Translations under genes and position numbers: made by a program
Origin: an uncultured Desulfobacteraceae bacterium
GTDB lineage: Bacteria > Desulfobacterota > DSM-4660 > Desulfatiglandales > Desulfatiglandaceae
Assembly (NCBI GenBank): GCA_964485655.1
Contig: CAZAKC010000001.1
Coordinates: 1,028 to 65,027 of the forward strand
Direction of reading: 5' to 3'
Length of the DNA stretch: 64,000 nt
Notes under the pieces: generated by a model
Database searches by the model: none
Seen by the model: only the letters and a program-made list of their open reading frames with translations
Told to the model about the DNA's origin: nothing
Part shown: piece by piece, positions 39,827 to 49,381 of the stretch
Layout of the letters: every line of letters begins with the position of its first letter
How positions within the stretch are numbered: the first letter of the stretch is position 1

Positions 39827-40258
39827 CTAATTTACCTTCTTATCAGTTTTCTTGGGGAAGGGGATCTTAAAAAAATCTATACCCTCGTCTTTTAGAATTT
39901 TCTCCTCTTCCTCTGTAGCAGAGCCGCGAATATTTCTTGGCTCACTAACACCATAATGCATCTTCAAGGCCTCAGCAGCAAACTTAGGCCCCACGTCCTC
40001 GAAATTTTCCTGAACATAGCGGACCACCTCCCGCGCCAGCTTGCGGTAATCAATGGCCTCGGAACGGGCGTCCACCTGTCTTTCCACCGGTACGCTTTTC
40101 TTTACGGCTACAGGAGATAAAACTCTTCTCACGTCCGTGTCACCGCAGATAGGACAGGTTACCAACCCTTGTCTGTGCTGCTCCTCAAAGGCTTCATTGC
40201 TGTCAAACCAAGCCTCAAAGCCATGTCCATGGCAGCATTCTAAATCAAAGACGATCAT
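39827..40258 (-). CDS. DUF1178-family zinc-ribbon protein
   Basis: MIVFDLECCHGHGFEAWF...CPICG matches the DUF1178 N-terminal pattern. Confidence 0.7.
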   Translation of the reverse strand: MIVFDLECCHGHGFEAWFDSNEAFEEQHRQGLVTCPICGDTDVRRVLSPVAVKKSVPVERQVDARSEAIDYRKLAREVVRYVQENFEDVGPKFAAEALKMHYGVSEPRNIRGSATEEEEKILKDEGIDFFKIPFPKKTDKKVN

Positions 40259-40275
40259 AGCGCTTCACCTATAAC

Positions 40276-40977
40276 CTATTTCTCTGTGTAAAGCACAGCC
40301 AATATGCGGGCTCTGTCCTGGCCGTGACATTTTACAAGGTGTGGGACTGTCGAATCGTAGTAGATAGAGTCCCCGGGCTCCAAAACATATATCTCATCTT
40401 TGAGTCTGACTTCCATCTTCCCTTCCAGTACATAAATAAACTCCTGTCCATCATGGGCAGAGCGTTCTTCTTCTGTGGTCGCAGGCACCAGGGTTACCAG
40501 GAAAGGCTCCATATGTCTGTCTTTTTTATGGGGAGCAAGGGACTCATATTCATAGCCATAATATTTCCCTTTCTTGGAGTCATACCGCGAGACCAACTTG
40601 CGATCTTTCTTTCTTACAATGGTATAAGGCTTGTTTTCCTCCCCTGAAATGAAATAGCCCATTTTCATCTCGAGAGCCTTTGCAAGCTTGATCACGATGC
40701 CCAATGGCGGGGCCACTTCCTCTTCTTCGATCTGCTTCAAATAGGAAACTTCAATGTCGGTGCGCTGTGAGACATCTTTCAGGCTCAGCCCCTTCTGCTG
40801 GCGAACCTGCTTCACCCTCTCTCCCACCTTTATTTCGGAAACTTCTTCACCACTGCTCGACCCAAGGCTTTGTATAAAGGCATCTTCCTCGCTTCTCCTT
40901 TCAAATTGGCTGCTTATGTCGCTGAGGAAATCCTGATATGGGTCCCTTTCTTTGTTTTCTGCCCTTTTATCTTCCAT
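40276..40977 (-). CDS. XRE-family HTH regulator with C-terminal cupin domain
   Basis: Central HTH (RVKQVRQQKGLSLKDVSQRTDIEVSYLKQIE) and a cupin motif (HDGQEFIYVLEG...GDSIYYDSTVPH). Confidence 0.8.
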   Translation of the reverse strand: MEDKRAENKERDPYQDFLSDISSQFERRSEEDAFIQSLGSSSGEEVSEIKVGERVKQVRQQKGLSLKDVSQRTDIEVSYLKQIEEEEVAPPLGIVIKLAKALEMKMGYFISGEENKPYTIVRKKDRKLVSRYDSKKGKYYGYEYESLAPHKKDRHMEPFLVTLVPATTEEERSAHDGQEFIYVLEGKMEVRLKDEIYVLEPGDSIYYDSTVPHLVKCHGQDRARILAVLYTEK

Positions 40978-41103
40978 TATCGTCTCCAGAATCCAATGCG
41001 AAAATACAAAAGTGACTGTGACAAATAATACTTACATTAATTTATCACTGTCAGTCTCGAGGGGTCAAGAGCACTGAGCCTCCGCCGATGCTAGGGCTGA
41101 TGC

Positions 41104-41325
41104 CTAGCTTTCCAGAACAAAAATCACTTCCATCCTCACACGGTACTCTTTAATCTCACCATCTTCAACAGACACCCTCTGCTCCAAAATTCTCAAACCC
41201 GTGATGTTCCGGAGGGTCCGATTCGCCCGCCTGAAACCTGCCTTGATAGCCTCCTCAAAACTGATCGGAGACCCTGCAATGATCTCCGAGACCCTTGCTA
41301 TTCGTTCCATAGCTTGCCTCCCCAA
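41104..41325 (-). CDS. Dodecin-family small protein (paralog 1)
   Basis: 73 aa; ...EIIAGSPISFEEAIKAGFRRA...LRNI...VEDGEI.EYRVRMEV.F matches the dodecin fold pattern. Phe occupies the position of the flavin-stacking Trp. Confidence 0.7.
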   Translation of the reverse strand: MGRQAMERIARVSEIIAGSPISFEEAIKAGFRRANRTLRNITGLRILEQRVSVEDGEIKEYRVRMEVIFVLES

Positions 41326-41369
41326 AGAATCTCGTTTCTTCTGGATAAATCACTGGATCAATCAATTGC

Positions 41370-41398
41370 TTGACAGGACAACCCGCGCTACCTATGAT
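41370..41398 (+). promoter_or_regulatory. Candidate sigma70-type promoter (TTGACA-17 nt-TATGAT) for the LOG/rsmG operon
   Basis: Hexamers at 41370-41375 and 41393-41398, about 100 nt upstream of the ATG at 41500. Confidence 0.4.
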
Positions 41399-41499
41399 CA
41401 CTTAAGCATGTTCAGAGGCTAAACGATAACCAATGAAAAATCAACGAATTTTTCTCTCCCATACCATCCCATAGATTAGGCAAGAAAGGTGCTGCACCC

Positions 41500-42153
41500 A
41501 TGAAAGAGAGGCAATATGTAGTTGATGAACTCACCTTGAAAGACACTTGGAGAATGTTCCACATAATGGCCGAGTTTGTGGAAGGCTTCGAAGTGATGCC
41601 CGAGGTCTATCCTGCTGTAACAATATTCGGTTCAGCAAGAACAGGGCGCAGAACCAAGCTCTATAAGACAACGGAGTGTATAGCGCGGATGCTCGTGGAA
41701 AATGGATTTAACGTAATTTCAGGCGGGGGCCCTGGGATTATGGAGGCTGCAAATAAAGGGGCCACAGAAGCAGGAGGAAAGTCTGTTGGGCTTCACATCG
41801 AGCTGCCCAAGGAACAAAAGCCCAACCAATATGCCAACGTACGCCTTGCGTTCAGATATTTCTTTATAAGAAAGGTCATGTTTATCAAGTATGCTGTTGC
41901 ATACATAATTATGCCAGGAGGATTCGGCACACTGGATGAGTTGTTCGAAGCCCTCACGCTCATCCAGACAAAACGAATTCGCTCTTTCCCTGTAATCCTG
42001 TTTGACTCCAGCTATTGGGGGGGACTGGTGAAATGGTTCAACAAGACACTCCTTAAAAAGGGAGCGATATCAGAGCCTGACGTGGATATATTCCAGATTG
42101 TGGATAAGCCCGAAGACGTAATAGATATTATAACACGGACGGTGATTGTTTGA
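41500..42153 (+). CDS. LOG-family (TIGR00730) nucleotide 5'-monophosphate nucleosidase
   Basis: GGGPGIMEA and PGGFGTLDELFE signature motifs. Confidence 0.85.
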   Translation: MKERQYVVDELTLKDTWRMFHIMAEFVEGFEVMPEVYPAVTIFGSARTGRRTKLYKTTECIARMLVENGFNVISGGGPGIMEAANKGATEAGGKSVGLHIELPKEQKPNQYANVRLAFRYFFIRKVMFIKYAVAYIIMPGGFGTLDELFEALTLIQTKRIRSFPVILFDSSYWGGLVKWFNKTLLKKGAISEPDVDIFQIVDKPEDVIDIITRTVIV

Positions 42154-42809
42154 TTAAGGGCCTCTCAGTTCTTCACGATCATGAACCATTCCTTAATCAG
42201 TACAATGTGCGCTTGTCTCCATACCAGTTTAACTTACTCGGAAGATATCTTGAAGAGTTGCTGCAATGGAATAAGGCCTTCAACCTTACTGGCCTCCATG
42301 ACATCGACAGCATTGTACGGCATCTGTTGCTTGATTCGCTAATTTGCGCTGCCCAATTACGCACCCGCGGTCCAGTTCTGGACATTGGGTCAGGTGCGGG
42401 GTTTCCCGCAGTGCCCATTAAAATCTACAATCCCTCTGTGGACATCCACCTTCTTGAACCCACCAGAAAACGAGCCAATTTCCTCAGACATGTCAGGAGA
42501 GTTTTATGCCTCAGTGGCTTTGATATTTTCCACGCAACGTTAGAGCAGCACAAGCAAAACTATAGCCTGCTTTATGGGGCAGTTACAGCAAGGGCAGTGA
42601 TGAGTCCACTTGATCTTGTGCAGCTTTGCTCGGATTTGTTAGACAATCAAGGGGAACTCGTGCTCTTCTTGGGCGAGAAGGGGAAGAACATCACAAATCA
42701 AATCCTCAAAGAGAAAAAGGCCACAGGTCTGGCTCTTAATAGTTTGATAGAATATAACCTCCCGGGGCTACGTAGCACCAGACACCTTGTGTTCTTGAAA
42801 AAAGTCTAA
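42150..42809 (+). CDS. rsmG: 16S rRNA (guanine527-N7)-methyltransferase RsmG
   Basis: WNKAFNLTG, LDIGSGAGFPAVP, LLEPTRKRANFL. The TTG start overlaps the LOG stop (TTGA). Confidence 0.8.
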   Translation: MIKGLSVLHDHEPFLNQYNVRLSPYQFNLLGRYLEELLQWNKAFNLTGLHDIDSIVRHLLLDSLICAAQLRTRGPVLDIGSGAGFPAVPIKIYNPSVDIHLLEPTRKRANFLRHVRRVLCLSGFDIFHATLEQHKQNYSLLYGAVTARAVMSPLDLVQLCSDLLDNQGELVLFLGEKGKNITNQILKEKKATGLALNSLIEYNLPGLRSTRHLVFLKKV

Positions 42810-42906
42810 AGACATTCTATGCCGGCTAGAGAACAAAAAAGATCCCTTGCACCAGGCTAGCTTTATATAGAATCCCTTCTAATACCTTGACAGAATCAGT
42901 GCCATA

Positions 42907-43524
42907 TTAACTGCGCAGTGCGCGCATCACGGTTGCCAACTGAAGATCTATGTATCTATCAAGTGTAAGCCTCTTCTTAAAATGCCATCCTTTGAGCACC
43001 CACATGTGAGCCATCATTATAATATTATAAGCCATCAGGTCAACATCAACCTCCTGAAAGATCCCTTGCTCTATCCCTTCTTTCAGAATATCCCCAAATA
43101 TCTTACTGACGTCTACCTCCAGTTGCATAACCCTTGCCCTTGATGGCTTATCAAGAGAGCTGGACTTTTGGTATATGAGAAGCGCCTTTTCCCTTTGCTG
43201 ATCGACAACGCGGAAGTACAGCACAAGGGCTATGGCCAGTTTTTCCTCAGGGTCTTCGATTCCTTTTATCTGTGATCGGAGGCTGTCCTGAAAGATGTTG
43301 AAGACATCCTCCATAATCATTCTCATGATCTCAGACTTATTCTTTATGTATTGATATGCGACAGGCAGGGCAACACCGGCCGCGTCTGCTATTTCCTCAA
43401 TGGCGGTGGCTCTGAATCCTTTCTTGGCATACAAAGCACTTGCGGCATCGATTATACGCCTCCTCACCTTGTTCTTCGACGTAATCTGGTCTAAAACAGT
43501 CAGCCTGTCTTTTATGTCGCTCAT
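42907..43524 (-). CDS. TetR-family transcriptional regulator
   Basis: N-terminal HTH (AASALYAKKGFRATAIEEIADAAGVALPVAYQYIKNKSEI). Confidence 0.85.
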   Translation of the reverse strand: MSDIKDRLTVLDQITSKNKVRRRIIDAASALYAKKGFRATAIEEIADAAGVALPVAYQYIKNKSEIMRMIMEDVFNIFQDSLRSQIKGIEDPEEKLAIALVLYFRVVDQQREKALLIYQKSSSLDKPSRARVMQLEVDVSKIFGDILKEGIEQGIFQEVDVDLMAYNIIMMAHMWVLKGWHFKKRLTLDRYIDLQLATVMRALRS

Positions 43525-43626
43525 CTCCGATCCCCTTTAGTTAGGAGGCCGTAGCGGGTCATGTCCGGCCCGCTCAGCCTCTTACCTGCACACGAGATAC
43601 TGGCCCCTAAAGGCCACTAGTTGACA

Positions 43627-43836
43627 CTATTCTTTAATATACTTGAAGGATACATTAACCCTGGCTCTGTATGATGTTACCTTTCCATTGTCAATGGTCA
43701 TGTCCAGTCTCGTAATCTCAGCGACCCTCAGGTCTTTGAGGCTTTCCGAAGCAGTCTCAATAGCAGTCTTTGCCGCCTCTTCCCAAGACTTATCGCTCGT
43801 TCCCACCAATTCAATAATCTTGTATGTGCTTCCCAT
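43627..43836 (-). CDS. Dodecin-family small protein (paralog 2)
   Basis: 69 aa; YKIIELVGTSDKSWEEAAKTAIETAS...LRVAEI...IDNGKV..YRARVNVSF. It retains the Trp. AGGAGGG RBS upstream. Confidence 0.75.
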   Translation of the reverse strand: MGSTYKIIELVGTSDKSWEEAAKTAIETASESLKDLRVAEITRLDMTIDNGKVTSYRARVNVSFKYIKE

Positions 43837-44382
43837 GGAACACCCTCCTTTTCATTTCTTGAGTTATCTCAGCATTGTTTCACCCTTACCCTTATTCCGC
43901 ACTTTTACTTCTCACCCCCCTCCTCTTATGCCCGATAGGCTCGCGGCACGTCAGATAGATATTATTAAGTATTCCTCGGTGGAAACCTCCTGTTGCACAG
44001 CTTTCTGTCCATGGGAAGGTATCTTCCGTCTCGCAGAAGAGAACACATGGCAGGCAATTCGATATATCATTCAGAATCCGCCCAAAAGAAGGTGAGTAAA
44101 AGTTCTATACCCATACTTAAATCTTTGGGCCATGGCTAGCTTGCTTATCAATTTTCTTTATTTTGGTTTTTGATTATATTTTGCCTCCTAATAAAGTCAA
44201 GAAGTACTTGGCTGCAAAGGCCTTCATGATTTCCGGTCAAAATATTTTATATCTTTTCATTGAGGAAACTCAACAAAAACAAGAGCCAAAGCAGGATTAA
44301 TTGTATGTTTACAGTTAACTAACCATGCTGTCAGGTGAATATAAATTCGTGCATTAATCTTTAATCAATCGCATATATTTTC

Positions 44383-44411
44383 TTGACTCTTACGTACTCA
44401 TTACTTATTAT
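44383..44411 (+). promoter_or_regulatory. Candidate strong sigma70-type promoter (TTGACT-17 nt-TATTAT)
   Basis: Hexamers at 44383-44388 and 44406-44411, at the end of a visibly AT-rich ~350-nt spacer and 47 nt upstream of the ATG at 44458. Confidence 0.45.
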
Positions 44412-44457
44412 AGCGCGCGAAGGGCAATATGAATAACCTTAAACTAAAGGAGTGCGT

Positions 44458-44676
44458 ATGGCTACAGCTAAACAAATTCAGTACAGGTTGCAGCTTGCGA
44501 AGAAAACGCTAACTCGGCTTAACAAAGATCTTAAAGCTACCACAAGCAAGATTAAGAAATTAGAAGCCCAGCTAAAGAAAGCTAAGGCGGCCGAAAAGGC
44601 GGCTAAGGCCAAAAAATCAAAGGCCAAACGGCCAGCCAAAAAGGCCCCAGCCAAACGGGCGGCAAAGAAAAGATAG
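44458..44676 (+). CDS. Histone H1-like Lys/Ala-rich basic protein
   Basis: 72 aa. N-terminal helix, then KKAKAAEKAAKAKKSKAKRPAKKAPAKRAAKKR. AAAGGAG RBS 6 nt upstream of the ATG. Confidence 0.65.
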   Translation: MATAKQIQYRLQLAKKTLTRLNKDLKATTSKIKKLEAQLKKAKAAEKAAKAKKSKAKRPAKKAPAKRAAKKR

Positions 44677-44717
44677 TCCTCAAGCCCCTTGGCAAGGCAT
44701 CTCCGTTGCTGCACAAA

Positions 44718-44748
44718 GGGGAGTGTCATTGCGCAAGTGACACTCCCC
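44718..44748. terminator. Perfect 11-bp stem / 9-nt loop hairpin between convergent genes
   Basis: GGGGAGTGTCA-ttgcgcaag-TGACACTCCCC. It covers the stop codon (44726-44728) of the - strand Mut7-C gene. On the - strand it is followed by TTTGTG. There is no U-run on the + strand. Confidence 0.45.
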
Positions 44749-45199
44749 AGAGGCGGAGTTGTTTGCGCATCCTGTCTTTGTGAGTTCCTGCCCAATAACA
44801 GCGTTTGCATGAGGGGCAGTGCTTAATCTTCTTCCCGGCTTCATAGAGGATATATTCGGGAACACGTTGTGATACAGTGGTAATATCTACCTCCGTGAGA
44901 GGAACATTGCACCTTATGCATCTGGTGAATGGTGCCAAGGGGGAGGCCAACAGGCCTTGATGTTTCAATTCTTTCAACTGCTCTCCCACATGATCTGACG
45001 TAATTATGGTAGCAGAAGGAAAGACCTTTTCCCACTGCTTTTTCCGTGTCACAAAGATCCTTCCCTCATCAATCAGGGCCTCAATCTCCCCTTGTTTGTA
45101 ACTCTGCTGATAATGCGCATCATAGCCCATTATCCTTAGCCACTTGGCCAATCTCCCAAGCATGCTATCCACTATGAAGCGTACCTCGCCACCGCTCAT
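44726..45199 (-). CDS. Mut7-C RNase-domain (DUF82, PIN-like plus zinc ribbon) protein
   Basis: FIVDSMLGRLAKWLRIMGYDA N-terminus, and C-terminal CxxC...CxxC (CIRCN...CPSCKR). Confidence 0.75.
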   Translation of the reverse strand: MSGGEVRFIVDSMLGRLAKWLRIMGYDAHYQQSYKQGEIEALIDEGRIFVTRKKQWEKVFPSATIITSDHVGEQLKELKHQGLLASPLAPFTRCIRCNVPLTEVDITTVSQRVPEYILYEAGKKIKHCPSCKRCYWAGTHKDRMRKQLRLWGVSLAQ

Positions 45200-45507
45200 G
45201 TCTTTTATCTCTTGAAAAATATCTTCCCCTCACTGCCATACTATCTCTATATGCGCGTTCGTTTCAAGCCATAGTTAGCGGCCGTCTATGAGTAGATCCT
45301 GCCATCTATTCAGTAGCGCCTCAGGGCGGGAATAGTTCAAGAGAAAAACGCATTGACGAGTTTTTGAACTTTAGGGTAGAGGTATAATTACAGGCCTTTA
45401 AGAATCGACCTGGCTTAGAGAACCTGGAGCTTCACTACTGCTGCGCCATTATCTGAAGTAGACATAAGGCGTCAGATCCAAGGTTTAACGTACAAGGGGC
45501 AAAGAAT

Positions 45508-46764
45508 ATGGACAAGATAGTCATAGAAGGGGGTTACCCTCTCTCAGGAAAGGTTTCCATCAGCGGTGCAAAAAATGCCGCATTGCCCATACTGGCTGCA
45601 TGCCTGCTATCCAGAGGAAAAAGTACCATTCATAATGTGCCGGGCCTGAGGGATATTGACACCATGAAACGAATAATGGGTCTGCTAGGGGCAGATTTTA
45701 CCAAAGAGCATGGATCACTCATAGTGGATACACAGCAGGCCCGCCGTCACGTCGCTCCCTACGAACTTGTTAAGACCATGAGGGCATCAATACTTTTGCT
45801 CGGCCCCCTGGTGGCAAGGCTGGGAAAAGCAAAAATTTCTCTTCCGGGAGGTTGTGCAATAGGCGCAAGACCCATCAACCTTCATCTCCAAGGCCTGGCT
45901 TCCATGGGTGCGGACATGTACCTGGACGGTGGCTATATAAATGCCAAGGCGAGAAGGCTTAAGGGCACCGAGATCTTCCTTGACATCCCTACTGTTACGG
46001 GCACTGAAAACCTGATGATGGCCGCGGTGTTGGCCGAGGGCACAACTACCATCAGGAATGCCGCCAAGGAACCTGAAGTTCAGGACCTGGCCCATTTCCT
46101 TCGTTCCATGGGAGCCATAATAACAGGGGACGGCACAGATACTATCACCATAGAGGGGGTGAAGGAACTCCAGCCGGCAGAACACTCAGTGATACCTGAC
46201 AGGATTGAAGCGGGAACATTTTTGATAGCCTCTGCCATGTGTGCAGGGGATGTCGAAATTCAAAATTGCATGCCTGAGCATCTGACTGCAGTCATTGAAA
46301 AAGTAGAAACGGCCGGGGCGAGAATAGTTCTGAGTGACAGGGCAATTTCAATACAGGGCCCGGAGAGGATAGAGAGTGTAGACATTAAGACCTTGCCCTA
46401 TCCTGGCTTTCCCACAGACCTTCAGGCCCAATTTATGGCATTTATGTCCATCGCAGATGGGTGGAGCATGATCCGGGAGACAATCTTTGAAAACAGATTC
46501 ATTCACGTCAGTGAACTCAGGAGATTAGGGGCCGACATAGAGATTAACGGGGCCCAAGCCCTGGTAAAGGGTCGCAAGCAACTCCTGGCAGCGCCGGTGA
46601 TGGCAACCGACCTCAGGGCCAGTGCATGCCTTATACTGGCAGGCCTGGTAGCAAGAGGCGGACACACTGAAGTCCACAGGATCTATCACCTTGATCGTGG
46701 CTACGAGGCCCTGGAGAAAAAATTTCAAAGCCTGGGTGCGAGGATATGGAGGGAAAGGGCCTGA
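45508..46764 (+). CDS. murA: UDP-N-acetylglucosamine 1-carboxyvinyltransferase
   Basis: [22 protein letters not shown] (active Cys), [22 protein letters not shown]. Confidence 0.95.
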   Translation: MDKIVIEGGYPLSGKVSISGAKNAALPILAACLLSRGKSTIHNVPGLRDIDTMKRIMGLLGADFTKEHGSLIVDTQQARRHVAPYELVKTMRASILLLGPLVARLGKAKISLPGGCAIGARPINLHLQGLASMGADMYLDGGYINAKARRLKGTEIFLDIPTVTGTENLMMAAVLAEGTTTIRNAAKEPEVQDLAHFLRSMGAIITGDGTDTITIEGVKELQPAEHSVIPDRIEAGTFLIASAMCAGDVEIQNCMPEHLTAVIEKVETAGARIVLSDRAISIQGPERIESVDIKTLPYPGFPTDLQAQFMAFMSIADGWSMIRETIFENRFIHVSELRRLGADIEINGAQALVKGRKQLLAAPVMATDLRASACLILAGLVARGGHTEVHRIYHLDRGYEALEKKFQSLGARIWRERA

Positions 46765-46765
46765 G

Positions 46766-49219
46766 ATGATTGGGCGCCCTCTGGTTCCCGCACTGTTGTC
46801 CTTTATCGCGGGAATCCTAGCCAGTCCGTTCAAGTTCGATCCCTATCTCATTCTCATCATTCTAATTGCGAGCTTGTTCGTTGTGCTAGTGGCCCATCTT
46901 TGCAAGCCCGCCATACGCCTTGAGCTATCAATAGTATTGATCACCTTCTTCTCACTTGGTCTGGCCATATCTCCGCAAACGCACAACGACCCAACACTTG
47001 CTTCTATTTTGCATAAAAGACAAAGGGTTAAACTTGAGGGTACTGTATTAGAGGTAGCTAGCGCGCACAGGGGCCGTGAGCGATTTGATTTGTTGGTGCA
47101 GAAGGTATACTTGCCCACAGAGTCCAGGGCCGTAAAGTGGAAAGCAAGGGTAACAGTCTATCGCCACGCCCCGCAACTTGTCCCAGGGCAAAAAATCCTC
47201 TTTTCCTGCGTACCAAGAAAATTCCACAACTTCCGCAATCCAGGCTGTTTTGACTATGAGAATTATATGGTCCACAAAGGTTTTGCTTTCTCAGCACCAG
47301 TTTCCGAAGGGAGAAGAATCGTATCTCTCGGACAAGGACGGCTCCCATGGCCGCGTAATGTGGTTGAGAACTTACGAAGACCCCTCAGACGTTTTTTTTC
47401 CGGAGCTCTCACGGGAGACGATTTAGCCCTGTACTGTGCACTTGTATTGGGTCAACGCAACCTTATAAGCCCTCAACTGAGAGAGAAGTTTGCCTCTGCG
47501 GGCCTCAGCCATGTCCTTGCCGTATCGGGCCTCCATATCGGGCTTGTGGGTTGGCTGGCATTCTTTTGTATCAAGGGACTCCTCTGTCTTTCCTACCGAC
47601 TGTCCCTTGCGTTAGATATCAAGAAGCTTGCTGCAGCCCTCACATGTATCCCAATTCTAATTTATGTTTCTTTATCGGGTTTTCAGGTTTCTGCCGTGCG
47701 TGCTATGATAATGGCTCTGGCCTTTCTTTGGTCAGTGGTTCTTGCGAAGGAAAAGGACATCTGGTCAACCCTCTGCCTCTCTGCTCTGGTGATCCTGTCG
47801 AGACAGCCCCTTGCCCTTTATCATATCTCCTTCCAGCTATCTTATCTGGCCGTTATAGGGCTTATCTGGCTCTGCCCGCCTTTGTTTAAAGGAGTTAATT
47901 CTCTGCTGAATAAAGTGCTAGGCACCGCCAATCCTTATATAATCAAACCCTCTCGGTATCTCGTATCCCTTGTTCTTATAACCCTTGTGGCCTTTTTCTT
48001 TCTTCTGCCGCTAAACCTATATTATTTCCACCGAATATCCACTGTGGCCTTGCCGGCCAACTTTGCTGTGGTCCCAATCCTGGGCCTTGTAGTTATCCCC
48101 TCAGGTCTGGCCAGTGCACTTATTTACCCGCTGGTACCTTTCATCGCAAAGGCAGTGTTATCACTAGGAACGATAGGCTTACACGCTATACTTTATATAG
48201 TTAACCTCCTCGCTGCGCTTCCCTTTTCCAGCCTCTGGTTTATCACCCCAAACTTGTTTGAAATGCTGCTTTTCTACGCCTTTATCCTCCTCATCTTCTT
48301 CTGGACAAAAGGCAAGTGGGTCAGGGTGGCGCTTGCCTGTCTGGCCCTTGTTGCCATGGCTGACGCCAGCTATTGGGTAGTAAGAAATGATTTCAATACG
48401 GAACTGAGAATTTCTTTTCTTGACGTAGGCCATGGCAATTGTACGCTGGTAGAACTCCCACACGGCAGGAAGCTTCTCATTGACGGAGGAGGATCACACG
48501 ATCGGTCCTTTGACGTGGGTAAGATGGTTGTCGCCCCAGCGCTGTGGTGGAAGAAAATATCAAGAATAGACTACCTCATGCTTACTCACCCACAATCTGA
48601 TCACATGAACGGTCTCAGGTTTATTGCCCGTACCTTTCATCCCAAGATATTTTTTTACAATGGACAGCATAGCCGTGAGCAGGGCTTCAGGGAGCTTATG
48701 AACACATTACAGCGGGAAAGGGTAAGGTTGGTCATACCCAGGTCCCCGGCCGAACGCTTCTTCCTAGACAAGGCCACTGCTACCTTTTTTTCTGTACCTC
48801 CTTGGCGGCCCTGGCGCGCGGGGCATGAAGCAGTTAATAATTGCTCGCTGGTCTTGAGGCTAAGCTATGGGTCCTTTTCTGCATTGTTTCCAGGAGATAT
48901 TGAGAAGGACAGAGAGTTTTATCTTGTCCGAAGCTGCGGTCGACAGCTCAGAAGCAACGTGCTCCTTAGCCCCCACCACGGAAGTAATACGTCCAATTCG
49001 CTACCTTTCCTGCAGGCAGTGGCTCCCCAGGTATGTATCATTTCGTGCAGGCAAGGTTTACGCCTCAAGTTCCCCGACAAAGAGGTTATCAAGAGGATGC
49101 ATAGCCTAGGCGCCACTGTTCTCAGGACTGATACTGACGGTATGGTTCAGATCGCAGTCAAAGGTGATAGGTTCGAGGTCCGGAGTTCCGCCACACACAA
49201 AGATATCGATTATCAATGA
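46766..49219 (+). CDS. comEC: DNA internalization-related competence protein ComEC/Rec2 (with C-terminal MBL domain)
   Basis: Polytopic competence domain (SAGLSHVLAVSGLHIG) and MBL motif (LTHPQSDHMNG, SPHHGS). Start at the ATG at 46766, 1 nt after the murA stop; the ORF track starts at 46691. Confidence 0.85.
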   Translation: MIGRPLVPALLSFIAGILASPFKFDPYLILIILIASLFVVLVAHLCKPAIRLELSIVLITFFSLGLAISPQTHNDPTLASILHKRQRVKLEGTVLEVASAHRGRERFDLLVQKVYLPTESRAVKWKARVTVYRHAPQLVPGQKILFSCVPRKFHNFRNPGCFDYENYMVHKGFAFSAPVSEGRRIVSLGQGRLPWPRNVVENLRRPLRRFFSGALTGDDLALYCALVLGQRNLISPQLREKFASAGLSHVLAVSGLHIGLVGWLAFFCIKGLLCLSYRLSLALDIKKLAAALTCIPILIYVSLSGFQVSAVRAMIMALAFLWSVVLAKEKDIWSTLCLSALVILSRQPLALYHISFQLSYLAVIGLIWLCPPLFKGVNSLLNKVLGTANPYIIKPSRYLVSLVLITLVAFFFLLPLNLYYFHRISTVALPANFAVVPILGLVVIPSGLASALIYPLVPFIAKAVLSLGTIGLHAILYIVNLLAALPFSSLWFITPNLFEMLLFYAFILLIFFWTKGKWVRVALACLALVAMADASYWVVRNDFNTELRISFLDVGHGNCTLVELPHGRKLLIDGGGSHDRSFDVGKMVVAPALWWKKISRIDYLMLTHPQSDHMNGLRFIARTFHPKIFFYNGQHSREQGFRELMNTLQRERVRLVIPRSPAERFFLDKATATFFSVPPWRPWRAGHEAVNNCSLVLRLSYGSFSALFPGDIEKDREFYLVRSCGRQLRSNVLLSPHHGSNTSNSLPFLQAVAPQVCIISCRQGLRLKFPDKEVIKRMHSLGATVLRTDTDGMVQIAVKGDRFEVRSSATHKDIDYQ

Positions 49220-49381
49220 GCCTCAACAGAGTCATCCGCTGCCAAGGCGCCGGACATGGGCCAAAGGACCGCCGTCCAGTGAGGTTAAGGGTTATGAGGA
49301 AAATTTATTATTTTATGCGGCCCTGCTTGCCGATAATCTAGATGTATAGTATCAAACAGTAGGTGAGGACTAGGCATAGAA

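Noticed and set aside
43837-44100. Possible FMN or other riboswitch in the long leader upstream of dodecin 2; also the 150-aa + strand ORF at 43643-44095
   Set aside because: I read the - strand leader and found none of the conserved RFN-element blocks or other riboswitch cores I know. The 150-aa ORF is antisense to the dodecin gene and looks non-coding. An Infernal scan would be needed to exclude an RNA element definitively.
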